From: Patescibacteria group bacterium | GTDB lineage: Bacteria; Patescibacteriota; Microgenomatia; UBA1400; PJMF01 | Assembly: GCA_049322575.1 (NCBI GenBank) | Contig: JBMORQ010000003.1 | Coordinates: 17,719-81,718 of the forward strand | Reading direction: 5' to 3' | DNA: 64,000 nucleotides | In this document: positions 30,494-39,595 of the stretch, in pieces | How the letters are laid out: each line of letters begins with the position of its first letter | Numbering within the stretch: position 1 is the first letter of the stretch | The notes under the pieces: model-generated | Databases searched by the model: none | What the model was told of the DNA's origin: nothing | The model's input: only the letters and a program-made list of their open reading frames with translations | Program-made: the position numbers and the translations under genes

Positions 30494-30895
30494 CTATTCT
30501 TCTTTCACTTGATCAACCGAGATGTTTTCGTCTATCTGAGGATAGGGCAAGATTTGCAAAGTTGGATCTGTTTCTTGTTGAAACGCTTTAAGTTCAAGAT
30601 ACTTTGCCTGTAAGGGCGAGATCTCTGCTTGTTCAGATGCGGTTTCTTGTACTTTCTCTTGAGTAACTAAAGGTTTTTCAGGCTGCATCAGGGATAGCAA
30701 AAAAAGCAACACGATTACCAGTACTAAAGAGATGGCCGCTACCAGGATAACAATGCCTCTTTTCCTCTGGAGAAATGATTTTTTAGGCAAACTTGATAAG
30801 GTTGGATCGATGTAAGGATCCTCTGGTCGCTGAAACAGAGGCCTTTCGCTTGCAAACTGTGTTTGATTGGTGGGAAAAAAATCTTGTTCAGTCAT
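30494..30895 (-). CDS. Hypothetical single-pass membrane protein
   Basis: 133 aa with a central TM 'IVILVAAISLVLVIVLLFLLSL'. Its start overlaps the stop of the upstream DUF333 gene by 8 nt. Confidence 0.4.
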   Translation of the reverse strand: MTEQDFFPTNQTQFASERPLFQRPEDPYIDPTLSSLPKKSFLQRKRGIVILVAAISLVLVIVLLFLLSLMQPEKPLVTQEKVQETASEQAEISPLQAKYLELKAFQQETDPTLQILPYPQIDENISVDQVKEE

Positions 30896-31994
30896 TTTTA
30901 GTCATGATTTCATCCAAATACGACATTCCCTGAGCCAGAGAAACATAGACCGGATTTAGGTCTCGATTTAAGTTGTTATAATTTCCGTCAAGCTGCCCTT
31001 TTGCCTGAGACCTAGCCAAACGCTGCCAATACTCAGCCAATGAGTCCTGAGCTTTTTTGAGAACTCGATCTGTTTCAATGAATGACCGTCTAGTCGAGGC
31101 ATCGATACCTAAGTCCGATTTTTCAAGATATTTTTCAATATCATTTCTCAACAAAACCTGCCGATCGTAGAAGTTCTGCAAACGAGCTGCTGTCAAGACA
31201 ACAGATACCGATAAAGAGTTCTTTTTATAGATTTGATTCTTCTTCTTAAACTCTATACTTAATTCATTCAACTTGACACGATCAGTGGTAGTGGCTAATT
31301 GCTGTTGAGATTTATCCAATTCCTCGATGTTAGTTTCCAAAACACTAAGCCATTCTTTTTTAAAGCTTTCTTCCACACCAGCAGTATCAAGCAGGTAGAG
31401 GCGCAGCAAACGGAAGTGAGTTTGCAGCACCTGATCTCTGGTAATCATTAATTCTCGTGTCGCCGTCACGGCTTTTTCGATAGATTCTAGCGTTCCTAAT
31501 TTGCGATATTGATCAACGGCAATTGTATAAACTTTCTCTTTGTCGCGGTATTCACGCAGCTGACCACGATAGGTTTCTTTCAAATCCTCAATCTCTGCCG
31601 ATAGCTGGCTCTTTTGACCCAAATTAGATCCCGAATCGGGCTCCTTTTCTGTTTGGTCAACCTGATTCGTCCCCTGTTGGCACTCTTGACGGAAATATGC
31701 CCACTCTTCGCACTCGCTGCCATCATCAAATTGGCAGTAACCTACCTCGCCGTTCGACTCCTGTCGAATATTAAGAGTACCATTATTATTGAGACAATAT
31801 TCCGATGCTGGGTTTGACAACGCTTGCTCCTGAGCAAAAACCTTTGTCTCACCAAATAAAGGCGTCAACGCCATTGCCAACCCAACCAAACAAAATATGA
31901 GTGGCTGTTTTTTAACTCTTGCAAGTAACTTCTGTGAAACTGATCGAATTAACATGTTATCAAAACCAAAAACTTGTCTCAAATAAGACAACAA
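30888..31994 (-). CDS. Secreted protein with an N-terminal DUF333-like (putative hemolysin, YoaF-type) Cys domain and a long coiled-coil region
   Basis: Signal peptide, then 'NPASEYCLNNNGTLNIRQESNGEVGYCQFDDGSECEEWAYFRQEC', matching the four-Cys DUF333 pattern. The rest is heptad-rich. Confidence 0.55.
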   Translation of the reverse strand: MLSYLRQVFGFDNMLIRSVSQKLLARVKKQPLIFCLVGLAMALTPLFGETKVFAQEQALSNPASEYCLNNNGTLNIRQESNGEVGYCQFDDGSECEEWAYFRQECQQGTNQVDQTEKEPDSGSNLGQKSQLSAEIEDLKETYRGQLREYRDKEKVYTIAVDQYRKLGTLESIEKAVTATRELMITRDQVLQTHFRLLRLYLLDTAGVEESFKKEWLSVLETNIEELDKSQQQLATTTDRVKLNELSIEFKKKNQIYKKNSLSVSVVLTAARLQNFYDRQVLLRNDIEKYLEKSDLGIDASTRRSFIETDRVLKKAQDSLAEYWQRLARSQAKGQLDGNYNNLNRDLNPVYVSLAQGMSYLDEIMTKND

Positions 31995-32121
31995 GAGTCA
32001 TTCACTCTTCAAATTTTACCGTCAGAACATTATAGACCAAATCACTCGCTAAACTAAACACTCAAAGTACAAATGACTGACCAGCCATTCTGTAGAATCT
32101 TAACTCAGGCAAAGAGTTTAC

Positions 32122-32838
32122 TTAAACTGATAAAGTTTTTTGGCGAACAAAAGTGGTTGCCTGATACATCGACTCAAATGTTCCAGTATCGAACCATTGA
32201 CCATTAACAAAGGCCACGTCTAATTTGCCTTCTTGTAGATACAAATTGTTGATATCGGTAATTTCTATCTCGCCACGAGAAGATGGTTTGAGCGATTTTG
32301 CCTTTTCCACCACCGTGTTATCGTAGATATATAATCCAGTGACAGCATAATCTGATTTAGGTTGAGTTGGTTTTTCCTCGATCGAGATTGCTTTGCGGTT
32401 TTGATCAAACTGCACCACTCCAAACCTCTCAGGATCACTCACTTTTTTGGCAAAAACCCGACCACCTTGCTCAAAACTCTGAATTGCCTGTGAAAAGTCG
32501 TCTTCGTATAGGTTGTCGCCCAAAATTAAGGTCACATTATCTTGCCCGATAAATTTTTCTCCTATCAGAAAAGCTTGAGCCAAACCTTCTGGCTTCTCCT
32601 GGATTTCGTAAACAAAATCACAGCCAAAATTGCTTCCGCTACCAAGCAACTTTAAAAAATCGCCAGCGTTGTTAGGTGCCACGATTATCATCACGTCATG
32701 AATACCCGCCTTAAGCAGAGTTTCAAGCGGAAAATAGATCATTGGCTTATCGTAGATTGGCAGCAATTGTTTACTCGTGACACGAGTTAAGGGGTGTAAA
32801 CGAGTACCGCTTCCACCAGCTAAGATGATTCCCTTCAT
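32122..32838 (-). CDS. Sugar-1-phosphate nucleotidyltransferase (glucose-1-phosphate thymidylyltransferase-like, short form)
   Basis: '[39 protein letters not shown]' matches the RmlA/NTP_transferase N-terminus; AAGGAAGG RBS. Confidence 0.75.
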   Translation of the reverse strand: MKGIILAGGSGTRLHPLTRVTSKQLLPIYDKPMIYFPLETLLKAGIHDVMIIVAPNNAGDFLKLLGSGSNFGCDFVYEIQEKPEGLAQAFLIGEKFIGQDNVTLILGDNLYEDDFSQAIQSFEQGGRVFAKKVSDPERFGVVQFDQNRKAISIEEKPTQPKSDYAVTGLYIYDNTVVEKAKSLKPSSRGEIEITDINNLYLQEGKLDVAFVNGQWFDTGTFESMYQATTFVRQKTLSV

Positions 32839-33019
32839 AATTCCTTCCTTGTTACTTACCTAAGTGTTCAGAAATCCTAAGGACTGCACCAGGTATGGGT
32901 TAAAATAACTTTTCTCGAAATGTTATTTAATTACATGCCTGTTGTATTGTTAATTCTAGTATATCAAACCATATATAACTTGTCGCTTGGATCAATCATT
33001 GTTCATTAAATTAAGAATG

Positions 33020-33277
33020 TTACAAGGTGATTAAAAATAAGATTAATCCAGACAACCCTGAAACTGCCAAGTACTCCAGAATAATATTTTTTGTGATAGT
33101 TCCAAGGCGAATGTGAGAAAAGATCCCCCAGAGAAAGTAGAAAACAGAAATTATCACAACAATGATACGTTGCAACAAACGATCAGGCCATGCTGCAAAG
33201 AATAAAAAAGCCAAAATCGATAAAACCAACACCAATAACAAATAGGCTAGTCGGTGACGTAAATACTCTTTTTTCAT
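33020..33277 (-). CDS. Small two- to three-TM membrane protein (hypothetical)
   Basis: 85 aa, highly hydrophobic, start abuts the CAP-domain gene stop. Confidence 0.4.
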   Translation of the reverse strand: MKKEYLRHRLAYLLLVLVLSILAFLFFAAWPDRLLQRIIVVIISVFYFLWGIFSHIRLGTITKNIILEYLAVSGLSGLILFLITL

Positions 33278-34278
33278 TACTGAATAATCCCACCTTTAAA
33301 GAAAATTAATAAAAATGCTATGGTCGAAAAAAGGATTATATGAGCAAAATTATGACCAACAACTCTATCCAGTTTCTTGTGATTACTGACTAAGCCGTCA
33401 TATATCAGAGTCATGATGATTAGAAAAACGACAGCCAAAAAGAAAGCTTTGGTTAGATGCAAAGGATTAAAGATGGGTGAACTCTGAGAAAAGATTCTAA
33501 CAGGTGACTGTCCAGCCAAAATTGAGGCCTGACCAAAAGCTGCTTGTTGGCCATCTTCAGCGAAAACCACAGACTTCGGTTGATTTGCCACTAATTGAGA
33601 AAGATCACTTCCTGGTGAACCAAACATCTGGACGACCAAGGTTGTCTCGAAACCTTGGAGACGACCATCCACAACCGCCACGCCAATCTCAGTAAACTTA
33701 TCATTTACAATATTGGCTCGATGAGTTGGAGACTCCATCCAGGCAGAGACCATTTGATCGGTCGTTTGAAAATCACGAGCTAAATTTTCCCCAGCAACCT
33801 GATAAACATAGCCCGCCTGATTAATGAAAAACCATGGCTCATGTCCATCTGGTGAATTATGTGACCAATACTGCTGGTCAAACATGTTTTGAGCCTTGCT
33901 GAGAGCCGCCGCAGCTAATTTGTCATTATAAGTTAACGTCGACAAGCCCATTTTCTGACGTTCAAGGTTGGTTTTTTCCAAAACCTTATCTGCACTAATT
34001 TCTGAGGAAAATCCTAAGATGCTATCTTTTAATCCAGGAAAGAAACGGACAGCCTGAATAAGAGAAAAAATACCGATAACAATCAGACCCAAATAAAAGA
34101 TTGATTCCGGATGTAATATTTTAGCTCGGTGATGATTTCCACGATGAGGATGAAAGAGATTTCTAAAAGAAACATGCAAAAAATTTAGCTTTTTTGTCGA
34201 GTTTCTTTTAATTCGTTTGGTATGCTTGGGTAGATGAGTATTCATGAGATCAAATAAAGCTAATAAATAACCAAACAC
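33277..34278 (-). CDS. CAP/SCP/PR-1 domain secreted protein with an N-terminal TM anchor
   Basis: 'ENLARDF' and 'VSAWMESPTHRANIV' are CAP-domain signature blocks. Confidence 0.7.
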   Translation of the reverse strand: MFGYLLALFDLMNTHLPKHTKRIKRNSTKKLNFLHVSFRNLFHPHRGNHHRAKILHPESIFYLGLIVIGIFSLIQAVRFFPGLKDSILGFSSEISADKVLEKTNLERQKMGLSTLTYNDKLAAAALSKAQNMFDQQYWSHNSPDGHEPWFFINQAGYVYQVAGENLARDFQTTDQMVSAWMESPTHRANIVNDKFTEIGVAVVDGRLQGFETTLVVQMFGSPGSDLSQLVANQPKSVVFAEDGQQAAFGQASILAGQSPVRIFSQSSPIFNPLHLTKAFFLAVVFLIIMTLIYDGLVSNHKKLDRVVGHNFAHIILFSTIAFLLIFFKGGIIQ

Positions 34279-34351
34279 CTTTGATCAAGATATCGTTTTG
34301 TTTCTGAGTAACAAAACAGAAGCACAAAAAACTCACTTGACACAAATCCAT

Positions 34352-34516
34352 TAGACTTGTAGCGAAATAAAACTTTGTAGTGAAAAAACTGATTTTTTTG
34401 AACGAAAAGGGTTTTTTTGAGTGAAGTAGCAGCATAGCTACTTCAAGCAAGAAAAAAAACCTTTGCAGTACTTAAAAGCAGTTTTGTAATAAAACTGTTA
34501 TTTCACTACAAGTCTA
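34352..34516. repeat. MITE-like palindromic repeat, copy A (165 bp) with about 19-bp terminal inverted repeats TAGACTTGTAGCGAAATAA / TTATTTCACTACAAGTCTA
   Basis: Near-identical (about 3 mismatches) to 43723-43887. The TIRs are also found in the minimal copy at 50728-50783. Internal hairpin GAAGTAGCAGCATAGCTACTTC. Confidence 0.8.
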
Positions 34517-34573
34517 TTATGAAGAAAACTGCTGTATTTGTCTAGATTATCGGTTCCAAGCTAGACAATTCTA

Positions 34574-35968
34574 CTATTGATTCATACCACTGGTTTTATC
34601 AGCGGCTTCTTTAACGTTTGCGGGTTTTTTTCTCGCTTCAACTTCTTCGATAAAAGCGTAGTTAATTAGACGTGATACCAATAGATCAAGAACAGCAACA
34701 ATCCAATACCATTTACACAGCCAAACCAGCAGCCAAAAACCTCCTGAGTAACAGTCACACTGGCGCAACCAGTAGAACAGGCCAATGGAAAGCAGGGCTA
34801 TGACCACAGCCACCCAGTGCTTTGTCTGAGTACGCTTCTTCTTGAAATAGTTGTCGAATAACATGGTCACTAATAGTTGCAGGATAAGTAGTATCCAAGG
34901 AACATAGAAACGCCAGCTCACACAAACTCCACTTGTGGCACCGGCTACCTCACCAGTTGGTTGAGAGGTTGGTTGCACCTGCGCTGATTGAGTCGATTCA
35001 TCGGTTGTTTCACCTAAAACTTGCCCGCCTTGACCAACTGGGCGAACGTCAGGCGCCAAGACCTGTCCAGATGTGATAGGAATTTCAGCACTATTAGACC
35101 TAGGGCCAGGAGCACAATCGTTAACTCCAAAAATCTGGAAAGAGTACGCTTGACCTGCTGAAAGCTGAGTAACTGTGTATGATGTAGTATTGCCAATATT
35201 GGTACTTCCGTATGATGCACCATCAGATATTCTAGTAAAAACTAGGGCATAGTGAGTCACTGGGCTGACTGACGTCCAGTTAAGGGTTACAGCATTCGGT
35301 CCGGCACCAGCTACACTCAAAGAAGGCGCGGAGGTAGGAACTTCTGCCTCACAAACAGGTGGCTTGGCTGGATCAGTGTTGGTGGAGCCGGGATTACCAC
35401 CAGGAGGATTCCCCGGATTGCCAGGATTTCCCGGGTTAGAGGGTCCATCACAAGTGATTCTGACAGCAAAATCAAAAACTGTCCGAGAACGTTGAAACTC
35501 GTTACCAGCTAAAATGTCAAAATTAGCATTCCAGGTAAAAACTCTTGTTGAATTGGGAGCCAGACTACCGAGTGAAATATTATCAGTGTCGTATAAGTCT
35601 TGGTATGAGCGATCGCTGGTGGCAACACCCGATATCTGTGTACCGAAATAATCTGTATTACCAGAATAAATGGCCGCAAACATTCTCTCAGCCAGGTTAA
35701 CCGAGCTTTCTGGGGTTGTGTCTGTGGCGTTGAGCAGCAGATTGCATGTTTCGTCACTATCATTATTGGTAATAGTTAATGTCTGAGTGAAATTGTCTCC
35801 AGGCATCATACCACTCTCATTGAATAGTGGAGTATCAGCTGGGGAAATACTACACGGACCATTGTTAGCACAAGTCACAGTTAAATCTGTGCCCGCCTCA
35901 GCTGAAACAACCAAGTTAAGAAAAAATGACAACGAAACTAGAAGTGATAAAAATATTTTTCTAATCAT
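34574..35968 (-). CDS. Cell-surface protein: signal peptide, TasA/camelysin-like N-domain, PGN-repeat linker, FN3 domain, Ser/Thr/Gln-rich stalk, and a C-terminal polytopic (three to four TM) Cys/Trp-rich membrane anchor
   Basis: 'LFNESGMMPGDNFTQTLTITNN' resembles the TasA-family 'kPGD...N.G' block. 'NPGNPGNPGNPPGGNPG' linker. An FN3-like 'VTLNWTSVSPVTHYALVF...YSFQIFGVND' region. Hydrophobic tail 'WILLILQLLVTMLF ... AVVIALLSIGLFYWL ... FWLLVWLCKWYWIVAVLDLLV'. Confidence 0.6.
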   Translation of the reverse strand: MIRKIFLSLLVSLSFFLNLVVSAEAGTDLTVTCANNGPCSISPADTPLFNESGMMPGDNFTQTLTITNNDSDETCNLLLNATDTTPESSVNLAERMFAAIYSGNTDYFGTQISGVATSDRSYQDLYDTDNISLGSLAPNSTRVFTWNANFDILAGNEFQRSRTVFDFAVRITCDGPSNPGNPGNPGNPPGGNPGSTNTDPAKPPVCEAEVPTSAPSLSVAGAGPNAVTLNWTSVSPVTHYALVFTRISDGASYGSTNIGNTTSYTVTQLSAGQAYSFQIFGVNDCAPGPRSNSAEIPITSGQVLAPDVRPVGQGGQVLGETTDESTQSAQVQPTSQPTGEVAGATSGVCVSWRFYVPWILLILQLLVTMLFDNYFKKKRTQTKHWVAVVIALLSIGLFYWLRQCDCYSGGFWLLVWLCKWYWIVAVLDLLVSRLINYAFIEEVEARKKPANVKEAADKTSGMNQ

Positions 35969-38900
35969 TCCATCCTCCAGTTAAACCTGTTTCCAGGAGT
36001 TTTTCGGCATTATCTTTATCCTGCAGCCTTAGTTGCAGCTTGATAGATGTAGCATCGATACCGCGGTGGGGAGTACACTCTCCGCCAGAGCAGGTACCAA
36101 AATATATGTCCTTAACCTCGACTGAATCACTATCTATATCAACTCCGCCGTTAATCACATCCACAACCTTCACTTGATTGTCGGCATCTACCACTGGATG
36201 CTCGTATTCAATATGATATAGACCGCGTTCAAAGCTTGACGCATTCTTAATCGACATCCAAGCCTTAAAAGGCTCCTGTTGTTGTAAAACCACCAAAGGA
36301 TCGGTGGCTGGCACTGGAGTCGGACTGATGGCAGGCATGGTCTGACCCTCAACTAGAGCAAGATTGGAAAGTTCCGACCATTTATGAGCAGAATCCATCG
36401 ATTTAAGTGCAAAATAGTAGGCTTTACCCGCCTCCAAACCTTTGACCAGAAGATCTTCTTGCTCTCCAGCAACTCTAGGAGCTAGACCCTCTGAACCCAG
36501 TGTTAAATTTGAAACCGCTGAAACTCGGCTGGCCGCAGACCAGTTGTCCTGAGTAATTGGTTGCTCAGAATATCGAATTTCATAGCGTAGAACGCTGGGA
36601 GCAAAGTTATCTGAGGGTGCTGTGAATGTCAGGCTATACTCGCCCTCTCCCTCATCATACGCCTTGAGATCGTTGATCGAGCTTGGTGCTTGATCATCCC
36701 ATGTGACGTAGATCGAATTCATCTTTCCTTTGGCTCCAGTACTGGCTACGGACCAGAAGTAAAGCATGTGGTCATCCGGCTCACCTTCAAGTGTGAAACC
36801 CACACCTGATTTGAGTGAGCCAGTTTTGATCTGACCATCCAGTAAATATCTGTAAGCTACTTCGCCGATGGTATCAGGATTGTCACTATAGATGGTAAAC
36901 AAAGCTCCACTGTCAACAACAGTCGCTGCAGTGTTGACGTCGTCCAAGTAGACGAGAGTGTTTTGCGATTGATCGCCTGTGTTACCTGCTTGTAGTTTAA
37001 GATTGAGCTGAGACGAGGCATCGTCGGCAACGTATATTGAAACATATTGCCAACCACTTGCCTGCCCAGATGCACCTGACAACGCCTGAAGTCTCGAAAG
37101 ATCTTTTGCCCAGACTTGGTATACCAGTTTGTCATTGATGTAGGCCGACAAGGCTGGTTCATCAAAGCCAGGATCAACTTCGCTCGTAACCATATTAAAC
37201 CAGAAACCAACCGAACGAAGTCCACGACCGGAATTATCAATATTCTGCGAAATGCTGTTCACACCTTGGCCAGAACCGTCTAAAACCGCCATAAAGGTAG
37301 CGCTACGTGGCTTAACTCCTGCCTGTCCGTTTTCAACCGCAGCAACCTGGCCCTGAGTGCCCCATGACTCTAATCCTTTGGAAAAATCGCCATTGTACAC
37401 TTTGTTTTGGATATCTTTTTCTGGACTGTTGGTTACGGTAATTGTCGAACCAGATGTGCTATCAATTGTGACAATAACTTGAGAAGTGGGAGAGGTGACT
37501 ACACTAGCATTGCCGGCTTCATCAACTGCTGAAAAGGAAATAGTGTACTCTCCGTCAGGTACACCCGTAGTGTCCCAGCTGTAAATTGTTTCGTTGTTGT
37601 AAGTGTTGGCTCCACCAGTCTGATCTGGGAAAGAAGGGACGGCGTTATTGCTTGCATCACGTGCCGTCAATAACCAAGAAGCCGGATTGGCATCAGATAA
37701 AGTAACGTAAAAGTCTATTGTTGCATTAGCTGCATAGCTATCGCCATCACTTGGGCTGTTAATAGCAGCTGCTGGCGCTAAAGTATCTAAAGTAATCTCA
37801 CAGTAATCACTCCAGGCACCTGGCCAATCAACTCCTGCATCAAAATTTCCATCATGATTATTATCCTCAAAGGCTCTAACTCTAGTATTCCACAAACCTT
37901 GAACGCCTGAACCCGAGCCAAATGAAGAGAATAGTGTGTAATTGTCTGTGGCATAGAAATAACCAATTGAACCAGAAGGGTAAGTTACTTCACGTTGATA
38001 GGCAATGTTTCGCCCAGAAACTGCAGACCAATTATGTGCGACTCTAGGCGCTGAAGTATTACCCGTGTTGGTTGTTGCGCCACAAGCTAGGTCGAGAGGC
38101 CTTTCATCGGGTGTGGTGGAAGACGGAGGGATGTTCCAGCCATCATTGGTTGGAGTTGCGGGCGTCCAGACAGAAGTAGATAAGCTACCGGCAATTAACT
38201 CAGTATCACTAAAGCCCTGATCGTAGGATTCAAAATTTGTCTGCCAGGCTTCAGTCACCATGTTAAAGTTACATGTCATGTTCTCAAGACTTGTATCAGC
38301 ATCCACAGGCAAACTCACCTCGTAGCTAAACCAATGCTCATCAGCCCCATAAAAACTGTTGGGGTAATAAGTATGACTATTGATGATGACCATGTCTGGG
38401 TCATGAGTGGGATTGTTGGTTACAAAATCATTAAAAGCACTCAAGGAACCACTGTATTTGAGATCGCTCTGGACGTTTGTTAGATCGCCTGGAGTGGCTG
38501 GTGCTGCAGTATGCCAGTTGTAGTGAACCTGAAGTTGTAGAGCGTCACAAAGAGCAGTGTCACTACCTGGCAAGATCGAGACGCGTGAAAGATATTTCAC
38601 ATTGAGAGAACCTAGTTTCTGCACGTAGATATCTCGAGAAACCACGTCTCCTGGCCAAAGACTGTTACTAATTGGACCAAAATCAGCTTGATCTGAGCGT
38701 AGTCCAATATCAAGAGTCGAAGCAGTAAAAACACTATTATAAGAAGTCTCGAGATCGGCAATTCCAGACAGTGTTGGCAGAGTTGTCGAGACCAAAATGA
38801 CTAAGGCAAAAAAACTAGTAACTTTGAGCCAGGTAATCGACCTCTTCTTCAAGAAGTCCACAAAATTTTTGATGGTGGTTAGATCATTCTTTATCTTCAT
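35961..38900 (-). CDS. 979-aa secreted multidomain protein with a SipW-cognate-type signal peptide, a TasA-like N-domain, Ig-like, CBM4/9-like and FN3-like domains
   Basis: The N-terminus 'IADLETSYNSVFTASTLDIGL' aligns position-for-position with the TasA-like 'FDDTEVSANNTFVAGQIDLEV' of the gene at 39596-40408. 'LWPGDVVSRDIYVQKLGSL' is a TasA block. 'NGDFSKGLESWGTQG' is a CBM_4_9-like start. Confidence 0.65.
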   Translation of the reverse strand: MKIKNDLTTIKNFVDFLKKRSITWLKVTSFFALVILVSTTLPTLSGIADLETSYNSVFTASTLDIGLRSDQADFGPISNSLWPGDVVSRDIYVQKLGSLNVKYLSRVSILPGSDTALCDALQLQVHYNWHTAAPATPGDLTNVQSDLKYSGSLSAFNDFVTNNPTHDPDMVIINSHTYYPNSFYGADEHWFSYEVSLPVDADTSLENMTCNFNMVTEAWQTNFESYDQGFSDTELIAGSLSTSVWTPATPTNDGWNIPPSSTTPDERPLDLACGATTNTGNTSAPRVAHNWSAVSGRNIAYQREVTYPSGSIGYFYATDNYTLFSSFGSGSGVQGLWNTRVRAFEDNNHDGNFDAGVDWPGAWSDYCEITLDTLAPAAAINSPSDGDSYAANATIDFYVTLSDANPASWLLTARDASNNAVPSFPDQTGGANTYNNETIYSWDTTGVPDGEYTISFSAVDEAGNASVVTSPTSQVIVTIDSTSGSTITVTNSPEKDIQNKVYNGDFSKGLESWGTQGQVAAVENGQAGVKPRSATFMAVLDGSGQGVNSISQNIDNSGRGLRSVGFWFNMVTSEVDPGFDEPALSAYINDKLVYQVWAKDLSRLQALSGASGQASGWQYVSIYVADDASSQLNLKLQAGNTGDQSQNTLVYLDDVNTAATVVDSGALFTIYSDNPDTIGEVAYRYLLDGQIKTGSLKSGVGFTLEGEPDDHMLYFWSVASTGAKGKMNSIYVTWDDQAPSSINDLKAYDEGEGEYSLTFTAPSDNFAPSVLRYEIRYSEQPITQDNWSAASRVSAVSNLTLGSEGLAPRVAGEQEDLLVKGLEAGKAYYFALKSMDSAHKWSELSNLALVEGQTMPAISPTPVPATDPLVVLQQQEPFKAWMSIKNASSFERGLYHIEYEHPVVDADNQVKVVDVINGGVDIDSDSVEVKDIYFGTCSGGECTPHRGIDATSIKLQLRLQDKDNAEKLLETGLTGGWND

Positions 38901-39459
38901 TGCTTAATGACTCAGTTGCTAGCTTTTTGGCAGATTTTCTTGCTCTGAAAATTCTGGCAATTTCTTTTTTTATGGTATTAAATTCGTTATAGGCAAGTAA
39001 AGTAGCAGGAATAACAATTAATAAAACAAAACCCATCTGGGTTTGAGAAAACATCACAATTTTACCCAAATATGGTATATGGAAGATTACCTTGCCGATT
39101 ACTCTCTTTTGTTCGGCTAATTCAGGATCTGCTTCTTCATTAGCATCACCTTTTGTTTGATAAAGCACACGGTCTTCTCGGTTCACTATACCAGTAATTC
39201 GGTGAGTATAAGTCTTATTGGAGCCAATCACTGGTACAGCAGTGATAATGTCTCCTATCTTGTATTCTGCCTGATCTTTAACTATGACCAAGCTACCAAC
39301 GTTAAGTGCTGGCTCCATTGAACCGGACAGAACAGCAAAAACTCTAAGTTTCAGCGGAGTGTTGAACTTGGATAATGCCAACATTCCAGCAACTACAACG
39401 ATAAAGATAGCCACCATCCAGGAAACAAGATTGCTGATAAATGATATTTTACTTTTCAT
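38884..39459 (-). CDS. sipW: SipW-type (archaeal/ER-type) signal peptidase I
   Basis: N-terminal TM, 'VLSGSMEP' catalytic Ser motif, 'THRI' and 'TKGDAN' blocks, and a C-terminal TM. 191 aa, the same size class as B. subtilis SipW. Confidence 0.75.
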   Translation of the reverse strand: MKSKISFISNLVSWMVAIFIVVVAGMLALSKFNTPLKLRVFAVLSGSMEPALNVGSLVIVKDQAEYKIGDIITAVPVIGSNKTYTHRITGIVNREDRVLYQTKGDANEEADPELAEQKRVIGKVIFHIPYLGKIVMFSQTQMGFVLLIVIPATLLAYNEFNTIKKEIARIFRARKSAKKLATESLSNEDKE

Positions 39460-39595
39460 GGTTAAAGCTAGTTTAGCTTAACTTGCTAACATTTAGCTTA
39501 CATTTTTATTATTGCTTTTTAAAACTTGGCCTTTTGCCGGTTATTGCCTATGTGGCGGGGACAATCGCCCCGCCACAAGCAATTTAACAAAATCA

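Noticed and set aside
34250-34450. 66-aa ORF 'MLEVAMLLLHSKKPFSFKKISFF...' and the identical N-terminal extension of ORF 42352-43821
   Set aside because: Both are translations of the MITE-like repeat itself, with identical peptides from two repeat copies. They are not genes.
35380-35440. Short tandem 9-bp periodicity (GGATTCCC/GGATTGCC/GGATTTCC...) that could be mistaken for a micro-repeat array
   Set aside because: It encodes the in-frame NPGNPGNPGNP linker of the 464-aa surface protein. It is not a CRISPR and not an intergenic repeat.
36857-37240. 127-aa antisense ORF inside the 979-aa gene. Also the similar antisense ORFs 2412-2618, 6278-6517, 7425-7649, 17021-17379, 23809-24123, 49300-49564 and 60622-61508.
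   Set aside because: All lie wholly inside strongly supported genes on the opposite strand, lack RBS, and have low-complexity or atypical composition. They are treated as frame artefacts.
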